A DNA stretch of 64,000 bases. Origin: Dehalococcoidia bacterium. Lineage in GTDB: Bacteria; Chloroflexota; Dehalococcoidia; Lucifugimonadales; QGNO01. The stretch lies in the NCBI GenBank assembly GCA_965261825.1, contig CBDHED010000003.1:135090-199089 (forward strand), written 5' to 3'. Position 1 is the stretch's first letter. Each line of letters starts with the position of its first letter. Shown here one piece after another: positions 38,028-46,426 of this stretch. The notes beneath the pieces are model-generated. The model was given only the letters and a program-made list of their open reading frames with translations. It had not been told where the DNA came from and did no database searches. Made by a program: the position numbers and the translations under genes.

Positions 38028-38933
38028 ATGCAGACCGAAATAACTGAGCCAATCCTAAGACGGCGAAGACGATCATATACGCTGTGGTCAAAGTATCCTA
38101 TGGCCCTGTTGAGGCTTACCAAGAAGAAGCCCCTGGGTGCTACCGGGCTATACATCCTCATCTTTGCTGTAATAGTGGCTGTGATTGGCCCGTCAATCGC
38201 TCCGTTCGATCCATGGGATACTCACCGAACCAGCCGGCTCGTGGCCCCAAGCAGCACCTTCTGGTTTGGAACTGACAGTCTGGGTAGGGACCTTCTTAGC
38301 AGGACTATTTATGGAGCTCGCATTTCTATATTCGTTGGTCTGGTAACGACTATTGCAGCGACGGTAATCGGCTCGTTTATAGGTGTAACCAGCGCCTATT
38401 TCGGCGGAAAGTTTGACCTCATTGTCCAACGATTCGTAGATGCACAAAGCGCTTTCCCATCACTTCTCCTAGCCCTGGCTCTAATGGCTGCATTTGGTGC
38501 TTCTCTGACCAGCGTCATGGTGGCCCTGATAATTATCTTTTCAAGCAGGGGTGTGCGGGTGATCCGCTCGCAATCACTTAGCATCAAAGAGACTCCCTAT
38601 ATCGAATCCGCTCGTGCCATCGGTTCAAGTGACTTCCGCATCATGTTGAGACATATACTCCCCAATACGTTTGGCCCTATGATGGTGGTGTCCACAACCT
38701 TGCTTGGTTCAGCCATTCTTCTGGAAGCATCCCTGAGCTTCCTGGGTGCAGGAGTGCCGGTAACCGTGATCTCCTGGGGCGGCATGCTCAGCGGCGATGT
38801 ATTGAAGGACTTCGCCGGCGCGCCTTGGATTGGGCTTTTCCCCGGACTTGCACTCTCAGCAGTGGTCTTTGGAGTTAACGTGTACGGGGATGCGCTAAGA
38901 GATATTTTAGACCCCAGACTACGCGGAAGATGA
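38028..38933 (+). CDS. ABC transporter permease (DppC/OppC-like)
   Basis: Motifs: WFGTDSLGRDLLSR, ESARAIGSS, DALRDILDPRLR. Confidence 0.85.
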   Translation: MQTEITEPILRRRRRSYTLWSKYPMALLRLTKKKPLGATGLYILIFAVIVAVIGPSIAPFDPWDTHRTSRLVAPSSTFWFGTDSLGRDLLSRTIYGARISIFVGLVTTIAATVIGSFIGVTSAYFGGKFDLIVQRFVDAQSAFPSLLLALALMAAFGASLTSVMVALIIIFSSRGVRVIRSQSLSIKETPYIESARAIGSSDFRIMLRHILPNTFGPMMVVSTTLLGSAILLEASLSFLGAGVPVTVISWGGMLSGDVLKDFAGAPWIGLFPGLALSAVVFGVNVYGDALRDILDPRLRGR

Positions 38934-39015
38934 GTTTCTCAAAGTGCTGCCTCTCGGTGGAAACTGGCGCCTCGCTTAGTGAACTGCCACTGTATACTAG
39001 GTTCCCGGTTCCGGT

Positions 39016-39055
39016 TGCAGATGCCAGTGGCGCGCACCCTCCACTGGCATCTGCA
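39016..39055 (+). terminator. 15-bp perfect hairpin after the permease genes
   Basis: tgcagatgccagtgg - 10-nt loop - ccactggcatctgca. No U-tract. Confidence 0.4.
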
Positions 39056-39083
39056 GCCTCATTCTCGCAGTGGGTAGAGATAT

Positions 39084-40433
39084 ATGACCAGACAACAGAC
39101 GTTTGAAGAAGCCATTGCCGAGTACCTGCAGCGATGCCAGGAGCAGATAGGCAAAGAGCGTATTGAAGGACTGCCTCCCGGGCCGCCGTCCCCGTACGAC
39201 CAGTCCGGGCCGCCATACGAATCACCGCTGCGGCTCGACGCGAGGACCATCCGCAACTACGCGCTCAGCATAGGCGACGATAATCCCCTTTTCACCGACC
39301 CGGAGTACGGCAAGCGGACTCGCTACGGCTCCCAGATTGCTCCCGGCCCCATCATGGTCGTGGCGCGGGCCGGTGGCGGCCAGGGGCCGATGCGGCCGCA
39401 AGGATACCCCGTAGCCGACTTTGTGGCAGGGACGGCATGGGAGTTTTTCGACGTCATCCATACGGGCACTGGACCCTTCCGGTCTTCCAAGACGGATCGC
39501 GAGGTATTCCAAAAACAGGGGTCGCGGGGTGGGCTTATCTTCCTCATATGCGAGCTTTTCTACTGGAACGCCCACGGCGATCTGCCCGCCAAAGCTTACG
39601 GAACTTTGATCATGGTGCCCACCGAGAGCATGGGCGGCTCCAGGGCTATGTCCGTGGACAGACTGGGCGAGCAGATGATGTACGACCGTGGCACACAGCG
39701 ATATGAGCCCGACGAGATCTCGGGATACATGGATATGATCGGCAAGCCCAAGCGGCGGGGAGCGGAGACCTTGTACTGGGAAGACGTGGAGGTCGGCCAG
39801 GAGCTGGATCCGCTGTTGCTGCCGCCCTGGACGTTGCAGGACCAGATAGCCAATAACCTGGCCCGCTCACTGATGGGACGCAATCCCGAAACCCGAGACG
39901 ATGAGCTGGCGTTCGAGCAGATATATCACAGCCTGCAATCCCATAGAGGCGGGGCTCGCACCCATCCTGTTTCCATGTGGCCTTGGACCCCCAATTCCGA
40001 GCACGAAGATGCCCTGCTGGCGGCCTACAGAGGCCAATCCGGGCCGTTTGACCACGGAGTGCAGCGCTTCCAGATACCGCAGCAGTTGCTCACCAACTGG
40101 ATGGGAGACGACGGTTTCGTTAGGCGTTATCAAACTGCCATCCGCCGTCCCGTCTACTATGGTGACGTGACTATCTACCGCGGCTGGATATCCAAGAAGT
40201 TCACGGAGCGGCAGACCGGGGAAAACGCACCGGGTGCAGCGCCCGGAGACGTGGAGTACAATGCCGTCGGAATAAGGATGGAAGGCGTCAATCAGACGGG
40301 AGAAGTGCAAGCCCAGGGTACCGCTGTGGTGTATCTGCCCTCTAGGAAGACCGGCCACGTCCATCTGCCGGTCCCGCACCTGGCACAGCCGCCTTACGTG
40401 CCTTATGAGACGTTCTATAGAGACTGGTTCTAA
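39084..40433 (+). CDS. double hot-dog fold (MaoC/FAS1-dehydratase-like) protein, paralog D
   Basis: Motifs: TFEEAIAEYLQRC, YALSIGDDNPLFTDPEYG, AYGTLIMVP. It ends YVPYETFYRDWF. Confidence 0.85.
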   Translation: MTRQQTFEEAIAEYLQRCQEQIGKERIEGLPPGPPSPYDQSGPPYESPLRLDARTIRNYALSIGDDNPLFTDPEYGKRTRYGSQIAPGPIMVVARAGGGQGPMRPQGYPVADFVAGTAWEFFDVIHTGTGPFRSSKTDREVFQKQGSRGGLIFLICELFYWNAHGDLPAKAYGTLIMVPTESMGGSRAMSVDRLGEQMMYDRGTQRYEPDEISGYMDMIGKPKRRGAETLYWEDVEVGQELDPLLLPPWTLQDQIANNLARSLMGRNPETRDDELAFEQIYHSLQSHRGGARTHPVSMWPWTPNSEHEDALLAAYRGQSGPFDHGVQRFQIPQQLLTNWMGDDGFVRRYQTAIRRPVYYGDVTIYRGWISKKFTERQTGENAPGAAPGDVEYNAVGIRMEGVNQTGEVQAQGTAVVYLPSRKTGHVHLPVPHLAQPPYVPYETFYRDWF

Positions 40434-40468
40434 CCAGCGTAATTCAGCGTCAACCGGGGAGGAGATTC

Positions 40469-41824
40469 ATGGTGACACAGACATTTGAAGAGGCCATAGC
40501 AGAGTACATAGAGCGCTGCTATGAGTCGGTGGGGAAGGAACGGGAGGAAGGGCATCCGCCGGGGCCGGGGACCCCGTACCCCATCGGCGAGCCTCCGTAC
40601 GAGGCTGCAATAAGGCTGGATGAAAGGACGGTGCGCAACTACGCCCTCAGCATAGGGAACACCAATCCTCTCTATACAGACCCTGAGTACGGAAGGCATA
40701 CCAGGTACGACGCCATGCTGGCGCCAAATACGGCCCTCATCCTAGTGCGCAGCCCCGGTGGCCAGGGGCCAACACGCCCTGAAGGCTATCCCGTGGGAGA
40801 CTTCTTCTCAGGGCTGGCCTGGGAGTTCTTCGACGTGCTGAGGGTTGGTGACGCACGCTTCAAGAATACCAAGAAGACAAGCGAGTTCTTCGAAAAATCG
40901 GGTTCCCGCGGACAGTTGCTTTTCCTCATTGAAGAGATCAAGTACTGGAATGCTCATGCAGACCTGGTGGGTAAGTGCTACGGCACCCTGATTCTGGTGC
41001 CCATCGAGAGCATGGGTGGAACAAGGACTATGAACGTGGAGCGCTTGGGCGAGCAGCTTATGTACGAACGTTCCACTTCCAAGTACAACCGGGAGCAGAT
41101 GGACGAATACGTGTCGTTTCTGGAAGGTAGTACCCGCAGGGGTTCCAAGACCCTGTACTGGGAGGACGTACAGGTCGGGGATAGACTTGGGCCTCTTGTA
41201 GTACCCCCGTTCACCTTGCTTGACCAGACAGTCCAACGGGTGGTGTCCGCTGCCGCTACGGGAAGGTACGGGACCTCAGGAGACGAACTGGCCTTCGAAC
41301 CGGTGTATCACCATAACCGTGAAGGGAGAGGCGGTTACGGCAGGGGCTTTGCCCATCCCGTAACCCGCTGGCCCCACGGACCCGGAGATGAGCATCAGGA
41401 CGCTCTCATGGCGGCTTATAGAGGCCAGCCAGGGCCGTTCGACGGCGGCCAGCACAGGTCTCAGCTGCCCCACAGGCTCATCAGCGACTGGATGGGAGAC
41501 AACGGTTTCATAAGGAGATACCAGTGCGCCCTGCGCAAGCCCGTCTACTATGGAGACACCACCTTCTACACCGCTGAAGTGGTGAAGAAGTTTAAGGAGT
41601 CCCAGGAAGGCGACAACGAGTCTGGAGGGCAGCCCGGCAAGGCGGAATACTTCGGGGTGGGCCTGAAACTGGAAGGCAAGAACCAGGTGGGAGAGACCCA
41701 GATGCAGGGTACTATTGCTGTGTACCTGCCATCTCGTGAGGGCGGCCCGGTCCAGTTGCCGGTACCGCACAAGGGCAATCCTCCTTACGTGCCTTACGAG
41801 ACCTTCTATAGAGACTGGTACTAG
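40469..41824 (+). CDS. double hot-dog fold (MaoC/FAS1-dehydratase-like) protein, paralog E
   Basis: GGAGGAG Shine-Dalgarno. YALSIGNTNPLYTDPEYG has Asn where the others have Asp. It ends YVPYETFYRDWY. Confidence 0.85.
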   Translation: MVTQTFEEAIAEYIERCYESVGKEREEGHPPGPGTPYPIGEPPYEAAIRLDERTVRNYALSIGNTNPLYTDPEYGRHTRYDAMLAPNTALILVRSPGGQGPTRPEGYPVGDFFSGLAWEFFDVLRVGDARFKNTKKTSEFFEKSGSRGQLLFLIEEIKYWNAHADLVGKCYGTLILVPIESMGGTRTMNVERLGEQLMYERSTSKYNREQMDEYVSFLEGSTRRGSKTLYWEDVQVGDRLGPLVVPPFTLLDQTVQRVVSAAATGRYGTSGDELAFEPVYHHNREGRGGYGRGFAHPVTRWPHGPGDEHQDALMAAYRGQPGPFDGGQHRSQLPHRLISDWMGDNGFIRRYQCALRKPVYYGDTTFYTAEVVKKFKESQEGDNESGGQPGKAEYFGVGLKLEGKNQVGETQMQGTIAVYLPSREGGPVQLPVPHKGNPPYVPYETFYRDWY

Positions 41825-41860
41825 GCTGAGTACCGACGGGCACGGAAAGGATACTTCCTT

Positions 41861-43198
41861 ATGAAGATGGACGGGATGCTCAGCGGAATACGCGTTCTGG
41901 ACTCCACGACGGCCGTGGCGATGCCTACGGCCATGCACATCCTGGCCGACATGGGGGCCGAGGTGATCAAGATAGAGACCCCTACCAGGGAGGAGTCCGG
42001 CCGGCGTGATGAGAGCTTTCAATACCTTCACCACAGTAAGAAAAGCATGACCATCAACCTGAAAGCCCCCGGCGGAGTCCAGCTTTACAAAGACCTGGTC
42101 GGCAATAGCGACGTGCTGGTAGAGAACAACCGCGCCGGAACCCTGGACCGCCTGGGCGTGGGCTACAGTGAGCTGATCAAGGTGAAGCCGGGCATCATCC
42201 TCCTTTCCAACACCGGATTTGGGCAGACCGGCCCGTGGAAGCGCTATGCCGGCATAGGAACGTTTCTGGAGCTGATTGCCGGAGTTAGCCACTTCACTGG
42301 CTATCCTGACCAGGGGCCCAGGCAGGTTGGCAACGCCTGGATAGACATACATGTAGCCTGGATGGCGGTCTTCTCCATACTGGCGGCGCTCCACTGGCGT
42401 GAGGAGAGCGGGGAAGGGCAGCACATAGACTTTTCCATGTACCAGGTTGGCGTTTCAACCCTGGGAGCGGAGGTACTTGATTTCATTGTAAACGGCAATA
42501 TAGGGGAGCAGATGGGGAACCGTCATCCGGTGCATGCCCCGCACGGTGTCTACCCCTGCCGCGGCGACGACAAGTGGATAGCCATAGCCGTAGAGAACGA
42601 TGAGGAGTGGCGCGCCCTGCTCAAGACTATGGGCCGCCCGGAATGGGCGGACAACCCCAAGTTTGAAGATGCTCTATCGCGCCATCACAACCAGGATGAA
42701 ATAGATGGCCATATCGCTGAGTGGACAAAGGGCTGGGACTTTTATGAGCTTATGCATCTGCTCCAAGGCAACGGCGTAACAGCCTCGGTAGTCCCCAACA
42801 CGGCTGAACTCATGACCGATCCCCACATGAAGGCCAGGGGCTTCTATGAAAAGTTGACCCACTCGCCGGAATCCGGGCTTGGCTCCCGGGTTTTAATCGG
42901 CAGGCCCTGGAAGGTCTCCAAGACACCGTCTAGGTTCCGCGACCCGGCCCCCACGCTGGGACAGGACAACGAGTACGTCATGAAAGAGGTCCTGAAGCGC
43001 ACGCAGGAAGAGATGGACCGGCTGTATGAAGCCGGAGTACTGGCCAGGCAAACCCATCAGGAGACGCCTCCATCGCCGCGAACGCCAGCGGCCCCTGCTC
43101 GACCCAGGCCTGGCGCTGCTAACCCTGCTCCCAGCTTGGAAGAGGGCACCCTTGCCTATACAGACACCGACTACCAGAAGCGCTTGGGGGTGGAGTGA
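41861..43198 (+). CDS. family-III CoA-transferase, alpha-type subunit, copy 2
   Basis: Close paralog of 967-2295 (GIRVLDSTTAVAMPTAMHILADMGAEVIKIE; AWIDIH). Same C-terminal GTLAYTDTDYQKRLGVE tail. Confidence 0.85.
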   Translation: MKMDGMLSGIRVLDSTTAVAMPTAMHILADMGAEVIKIETPTREESGRRDESFQYLHHSKKSMTINLKAPGGVQLYKDLVGNSDVLVENNRAGTLDRLGVGYSELIKVKPGIILLSNTGFGQTGPWKRYAGIGTFLELIAGVSHFTGYPDQGPRQVGNAWIDIHVAWMAVFSILAALHWREESGEGQHIDFSMYQVGVSTLGAEVLDFIVNGNIGEQMGNRHPVHAPHGVYPCRGDDKWIAIAVENDEEWRALLKTMGRPEWADNPKFEDALSRHHNQDEIDGHIAEWTKGWDFYELMHLLQGNGVTASVVPNTAELMTDPHMKARGFYEKLTHSPESGLGSRVLIGRPWKVSKTPSRFRDPAPTLGQDNEYVMKEVLKRTQEEMDRLYEAGVLARQTHQETPPSPRTPAAPARPRPGAANPAPSLEEGTLAYTDTDYQKRLGVE

Positions 43199-44421
43199 TG
43201 GGCGGTAGCGTGTTCGGGAAGTTCCGCGTCGTGGACATGACTAGGGGCATAGCGGGACCCTTTGCCAGCAAGCTCCTGGCGGACTATGGAGCAGACGTGA
43301 TCAAGGTCGAACCACCTCAGGGCGACCCTTCAAGGCAGATGGGCCCCTTCGCCGGAGGCGACCCTCACCCTGAAAAGAGCCTGCTCTTTCTCTATCTCAA
43401 TTGCAATAAACGGGGAGTAACCCTGGACGTTGAAACCGGCGCCGGTAGAAAGCTCTTCCTTGACCTAGTGAAGACGGCGGATGTCCTGATGGAGGACTAC
43501 ACCCCGGGATTTCTGGATAGCTTGCAGTTGGGCTACCCGCACCTGGAAGAGATCAACCCAAAGCTGGTGATGACCTCTATTACACCGTTTGGCCAAACGG
43601 GGCCGTACAAGAGCTACAAGGGTAATGACCTTGTCCACTATGCCATGGGCGGCATGATGTACACCAGCGGTGCATACCACAGGGAACCACTTAAGCATGG
43701 CCACCCGCAAAGCCTCTATCTAGGAGGCATAGTAACCGCTTACGTCACCTCGGCCGCGCTCTTTGCCAGGAGGACACTGGGCCAAGGACAGCACGTTGAT
43801 CTGTCTCTATCGGAGGTCATGGCCGCCGACCATTACCAACCTGTGGCCAGGTATGCCTTTTCAGGGGGAGTAACGCGGCGCGCCCCCAAGAGCGATACCG
43901 GCCAGGAGAAGGGCACCGGCTTCCTGGGCATTGTCCCGGCAAAGGACGGGTACGTTAGGGCCTCCATCAGCCCTCCACAAAGGCTCTATTCTCGCTCCGG
44001 GCCTCAACCCTGGCCTGAGTATGCCGGCTTGCTGGGGCATCCGGAAATTGGTGATGCCCTGGCCGAAGCAACCAGTACACAGGAGATCGATGAGATACTA
44101 CTGCCTGTGATAAGAGAAATGCCCAAGATGGAGTACTACCACAGGTTGATGACAAACGAATGGCTGGCGGCGGCGGCACAGACTCCGCAGGACTTGGCCA
44201 ATTGCCCGCAGCTTGAGGAACGGCAGTACTTCACGGAGGTGGAGCACCCCGTTATTGGCCGTGTAAAATTCCCTGGAGAAGTGGTGAGATTGCCCAGCTC
44301 TCCCTGGAGCCTTCGATTTCCCGCCCCTCTCCTTGGCCAGCATAACAGGGCCGTCTTCTGCGGAGAGCTGGGCCGCAGCAAGGACGATCTTGTTGGGCTT
44401 AGACAGGTGGGAGCAATCTGA
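43198..44421 (+). CDS. family-III CoA-transferase-like, beta-type subunit, copy 2
   Basis: Paralog of 2292-3518. ATG 43198 overlaps the alpha stop (TGATG). GTG 43195 is an alternative start. Confidence 0.85.
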   Translation: MGGSVFGKFRVVDMTRGIAGPFASKLLADYGADVIKVEPPQGDPSRQMGPFAGGDPHPEKSLLFLYLNCNKRGVTLDVETGAGRKLFLDLVKTADVLMEDYTPGFLDSLQLGYPHLEEINPKLVMTSITPFGQTGPYKSYKGNDLVHYAMGGMMYTSGAYHREPLKHGHPQSLYLGGIVTAYVTSAALFARRTLGQGQHVDLSLSEVMAADHYQPVARYAFSGGVTRRAPKSDTGQEKGTGFLGIVPAKDGYVRASISPPQRLYSRSGPQPWPEYAGLLGHPEIGDALAEATSTQEIDEILLPVIREMPKMEYYHRLMTNEWLAAAAQTPQDLANCPQLEERQYFTEVEHPVIGRVKFPGEVVRLPSSPWSLRFPAPLLGQHNRAVFCGELGRSKDDLVGLRQVGAI

Positions 44422-44489
44422 ACTCCCTCTGAACCCAGGGTGAGCCCGTTCAGCCGGTGCGCCCACCCTGATGTCGCGCTGGACTCCTG

Positions 44490-45341
44490 CTAGGAACGCG
44501 TCTCCCCTGTGACGTGCCGCTGCCGCTTTTCCAAGAAAGCCGGTGTGGCGTCGTCACTATCCTTGCTCAACTGGCCTACCATGAAGTTCAGGGTATATTG
44601 CATGTCCCAGGCTGCCTGTTCAGGCAGATCTCTGCTCTTGACAGCGAACTCTTTGAGCATTCGCACCGCTACGGGTGGCATCTCACATATCCTCTGGGCA
44701 AGCTCTTCGCAGCGAGCCATCAGTTGGTCGTGGGGCACAGTCTCATATATAAGGCCAATTCGCTCTGCTTCCTTGGCGTCTATCGGCTCATCGGTCAGAA
44801 GCATCTTCATGGCGTGAGCATAGTTGAGCTGGCGTATCAGGTGTGTTGCGGAAGGCCCACTGCCAATTCCACCCCGATTGGAAAGCAAGGCGAAGTAGAA
44901 GCGGGCGTGTTCCTCACAGGCTATACGAATGTCTACGGTGTTCAGCAGCATGTAAAGCCCGGCGCCGGCGGCCCATCCGTTGACTGCCGCTATCACGGGC
45001 TTCCACACGCGTGGGAAGTCAACTCCTCCCCCAAAGACCACAATGTCGCGCCCGTTCACCGTGCCGGGTCTTGGCCAGAAGAAGTTGTCAGCCTGCTGAT
45101 GCCGCACGTCGTCGTAGGACATGCCGGGAGGCGGAGGCTGGATGTGATGACCGGCAGAGAAATGCCTGTCGCCAATTCCGGTTAGGATCATCACCCGCAT
45201 ATCTTTGTCCTGCCAGAAGTCCCGGTAGGCTTCTCCCATCTCCTCCATGACCTGGGAGTCCATCACGTTGGCCTTCGTCGGGTTGTTGACGGTTAGATAG
45301 GCAACGTTCTCCTTCTTTTCGTAAATCGTCTTCATGGGCAT
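44490..45341 (-). CDS. enoyl-CoA hydratase/isomerase (crotonase) family protein, copy 1
   Basis: Motifs: VAYLTVNNPTKANVMD, ILTGIGDRHFSAGH, AAVNGWAAGAGLYMLL. Confidence 0.85.
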   Translation of the reverse strand: MPMKTIYEKKENVAYLTVNNPTKANVMDSQVMEEMGEAYRDFWQDKDMRVMILTGIGDRHFSAGHHIQPPPPGMSYDDVRHQQADNFFWPRPGTVNGRDIVVFGGGVDFPRVWKPVIAAVNGWAAGAGLYMLLNTVDIRIACEEHARFYFALLSNRGGIGSGPSATHLIRQLNYAHAMKMLLTDEPIDAKEAERIGLIYETVPHDQLMARCEELAQRICEMPPVAVRMLKEFAVKSRDLPEQAAWDMQYTLNFMVGQLSKDSDDATPAFLEKRQRHVTGETRS

Positions 45342-45368
45342 AGTTTCACCTCCGAAATCCGCACCTTA

Positions 45369-45390
45369 ATATATCCGTGTATATATCCGT
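45369..45390 (-). promoter_or_regulatory. tandem 10-nt direct repeat upstream of crotonase copy 1
   Basis: atatatccgt occurs at 45369-45378 and 45381-45390. The repeat lies 28-49 nt upstream of the crotonase ATG at 45341 on the minus strand. Confidence 0.35.
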
Positions 45391-45443
45391 TTGCGGAACT
45401 AGTCAAGGGTTCGATTCGAAAGGTGTGATTTGTAGAGCACCAA

Positions 45444-45469
45444 GCAGGCAAGGCGTTTGCCAAGCCTGC
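45444..45469 (-). terminator. hairpin immediately downstream of the LuxR-type gene
   Basis: On the minus strand: GCAGGC-TT-GGC-AAAC-GCC-TT-GCCTGC. Only a weak U-tract follows. Confidence 0.3.
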
Positions 45470-45474
45470 AATCT

Positions 45475-46200
45475 CTACTGAGGATGTTGGGAAAGCAAAT
45501 TAACCCGCTCTGCATGGCTGAGTACCCCACCCGCCTTCAACGCTTCGATGATCGCCTCCGTTCTGGAGCGGACGTTCATCTTTAGCAGGATGTGTGTGAC
45601 GTGAAGCTGGACCGTTCTCAGGCTGACGTGTAACTGAGAGGCCACTTCCGTGTTGGTTAGTCCCAGAAGCATCAGGCGTAACACCTCCTGCTCTCTTGGC
45701 GAAAGAGATTCAAAGCCACGGTTGTGTCCCGCAGCACCGGAGATGTGAGTCATGCTGAAATCGACGCTTGCTCTGGCCTCCGCTCCCAGAACCGTTATTC
45801 CCCGCGCGGCAGCCCGCAGGGCGCATTCAAAGGCCGCTCTTTCAATATCCAGTGAGAGGTAGCCAAGCACGCCGGCTTGCAAGCATTCATTCACCAATAC
45901 GGGATCCTGGCGCGCCCTGGTCGTCAAAACCACGATTTTGGAAGAGAGCCCTGCGTCGCTGGCAAACCACCTTGCCAGCGTTGCCGGGTTGAAGTCATCC
46001 GGGTTTGCTCCCACCACTACAAGGTCCGGCTGCAACAGCTTGACCAGCTCGTAACCCTCGTCAAAGTTGTTGGACTCACCCAGTACGGCGAAGGCGGGCA
46101 TCTCATCCACGAAGCTGGTAATCGCTTCCCGCATCATGGTGCTTCTGATGAGGATGACTACCCCGCACGAACCCGTAGCAGCTCGACCGTTCCTCTTCAT
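45475..46200 (-). CDS. LuxR/GerE-family regulator with a degenerate (pseudo-)receiver domain
   Basis: C-terminal HTH LSPREQEVLRLMLLGLTNTEVASQLHVSLRTVQLHV. The N-terminal CheY-like fold lacks the DD pair, the phospho-acceptor Asp and the conserved Lys. ATG 46200 with GGAGGGG Shine-Dalgarno. Confidence 0.8.
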   Translation of the reverse strand: MKRNGRAATGSCGVVILIRSTMMREAITSFVDEMPAFAVLGESNNFDEGYELVKLLQPDLVVVGANPDDFNPATLARWFASDAGLSSKIVVLTTRARQDPVLVNECLQAGVLGYLSLDIERAAFECALRAAARGITVLGAEARASVDFSMTHISGAAGHNRGFESLSPREQEVLRLMLLGLTNTEVASQLHVSLRTVQLHVTHILLKMNVRSRTEAIIEALKAGGVLSHAERVNLLSQHPQ

Positions 46201-46426
46201 GGCACCCCTCCATTTGGATGGACAATGCTCAAGCTTGGGGGCAGAATACCTACGCATTTGTGAAATGTCAAAAATGTGCAGCTATACTTCGCTTTTTCGC
46301 AAAAACACATACGTATCGGTACGTATTGCAAAGATGGGCTAGTTTAACTAACGTGCAGAATAGCTTTGCCGTTATTTTTTCATCACCGCAACGCAGGGTG
46401 AAACGCTGATGCAGTGGGAGGTTTGT

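Noticed and set aside
45395-45420. tRNA-like T-loop string GGTTCGATTCG.
   Set aside because: The flanking sequence cannot form acceptor, D or anticodon arms. No cloverleaf is possible.
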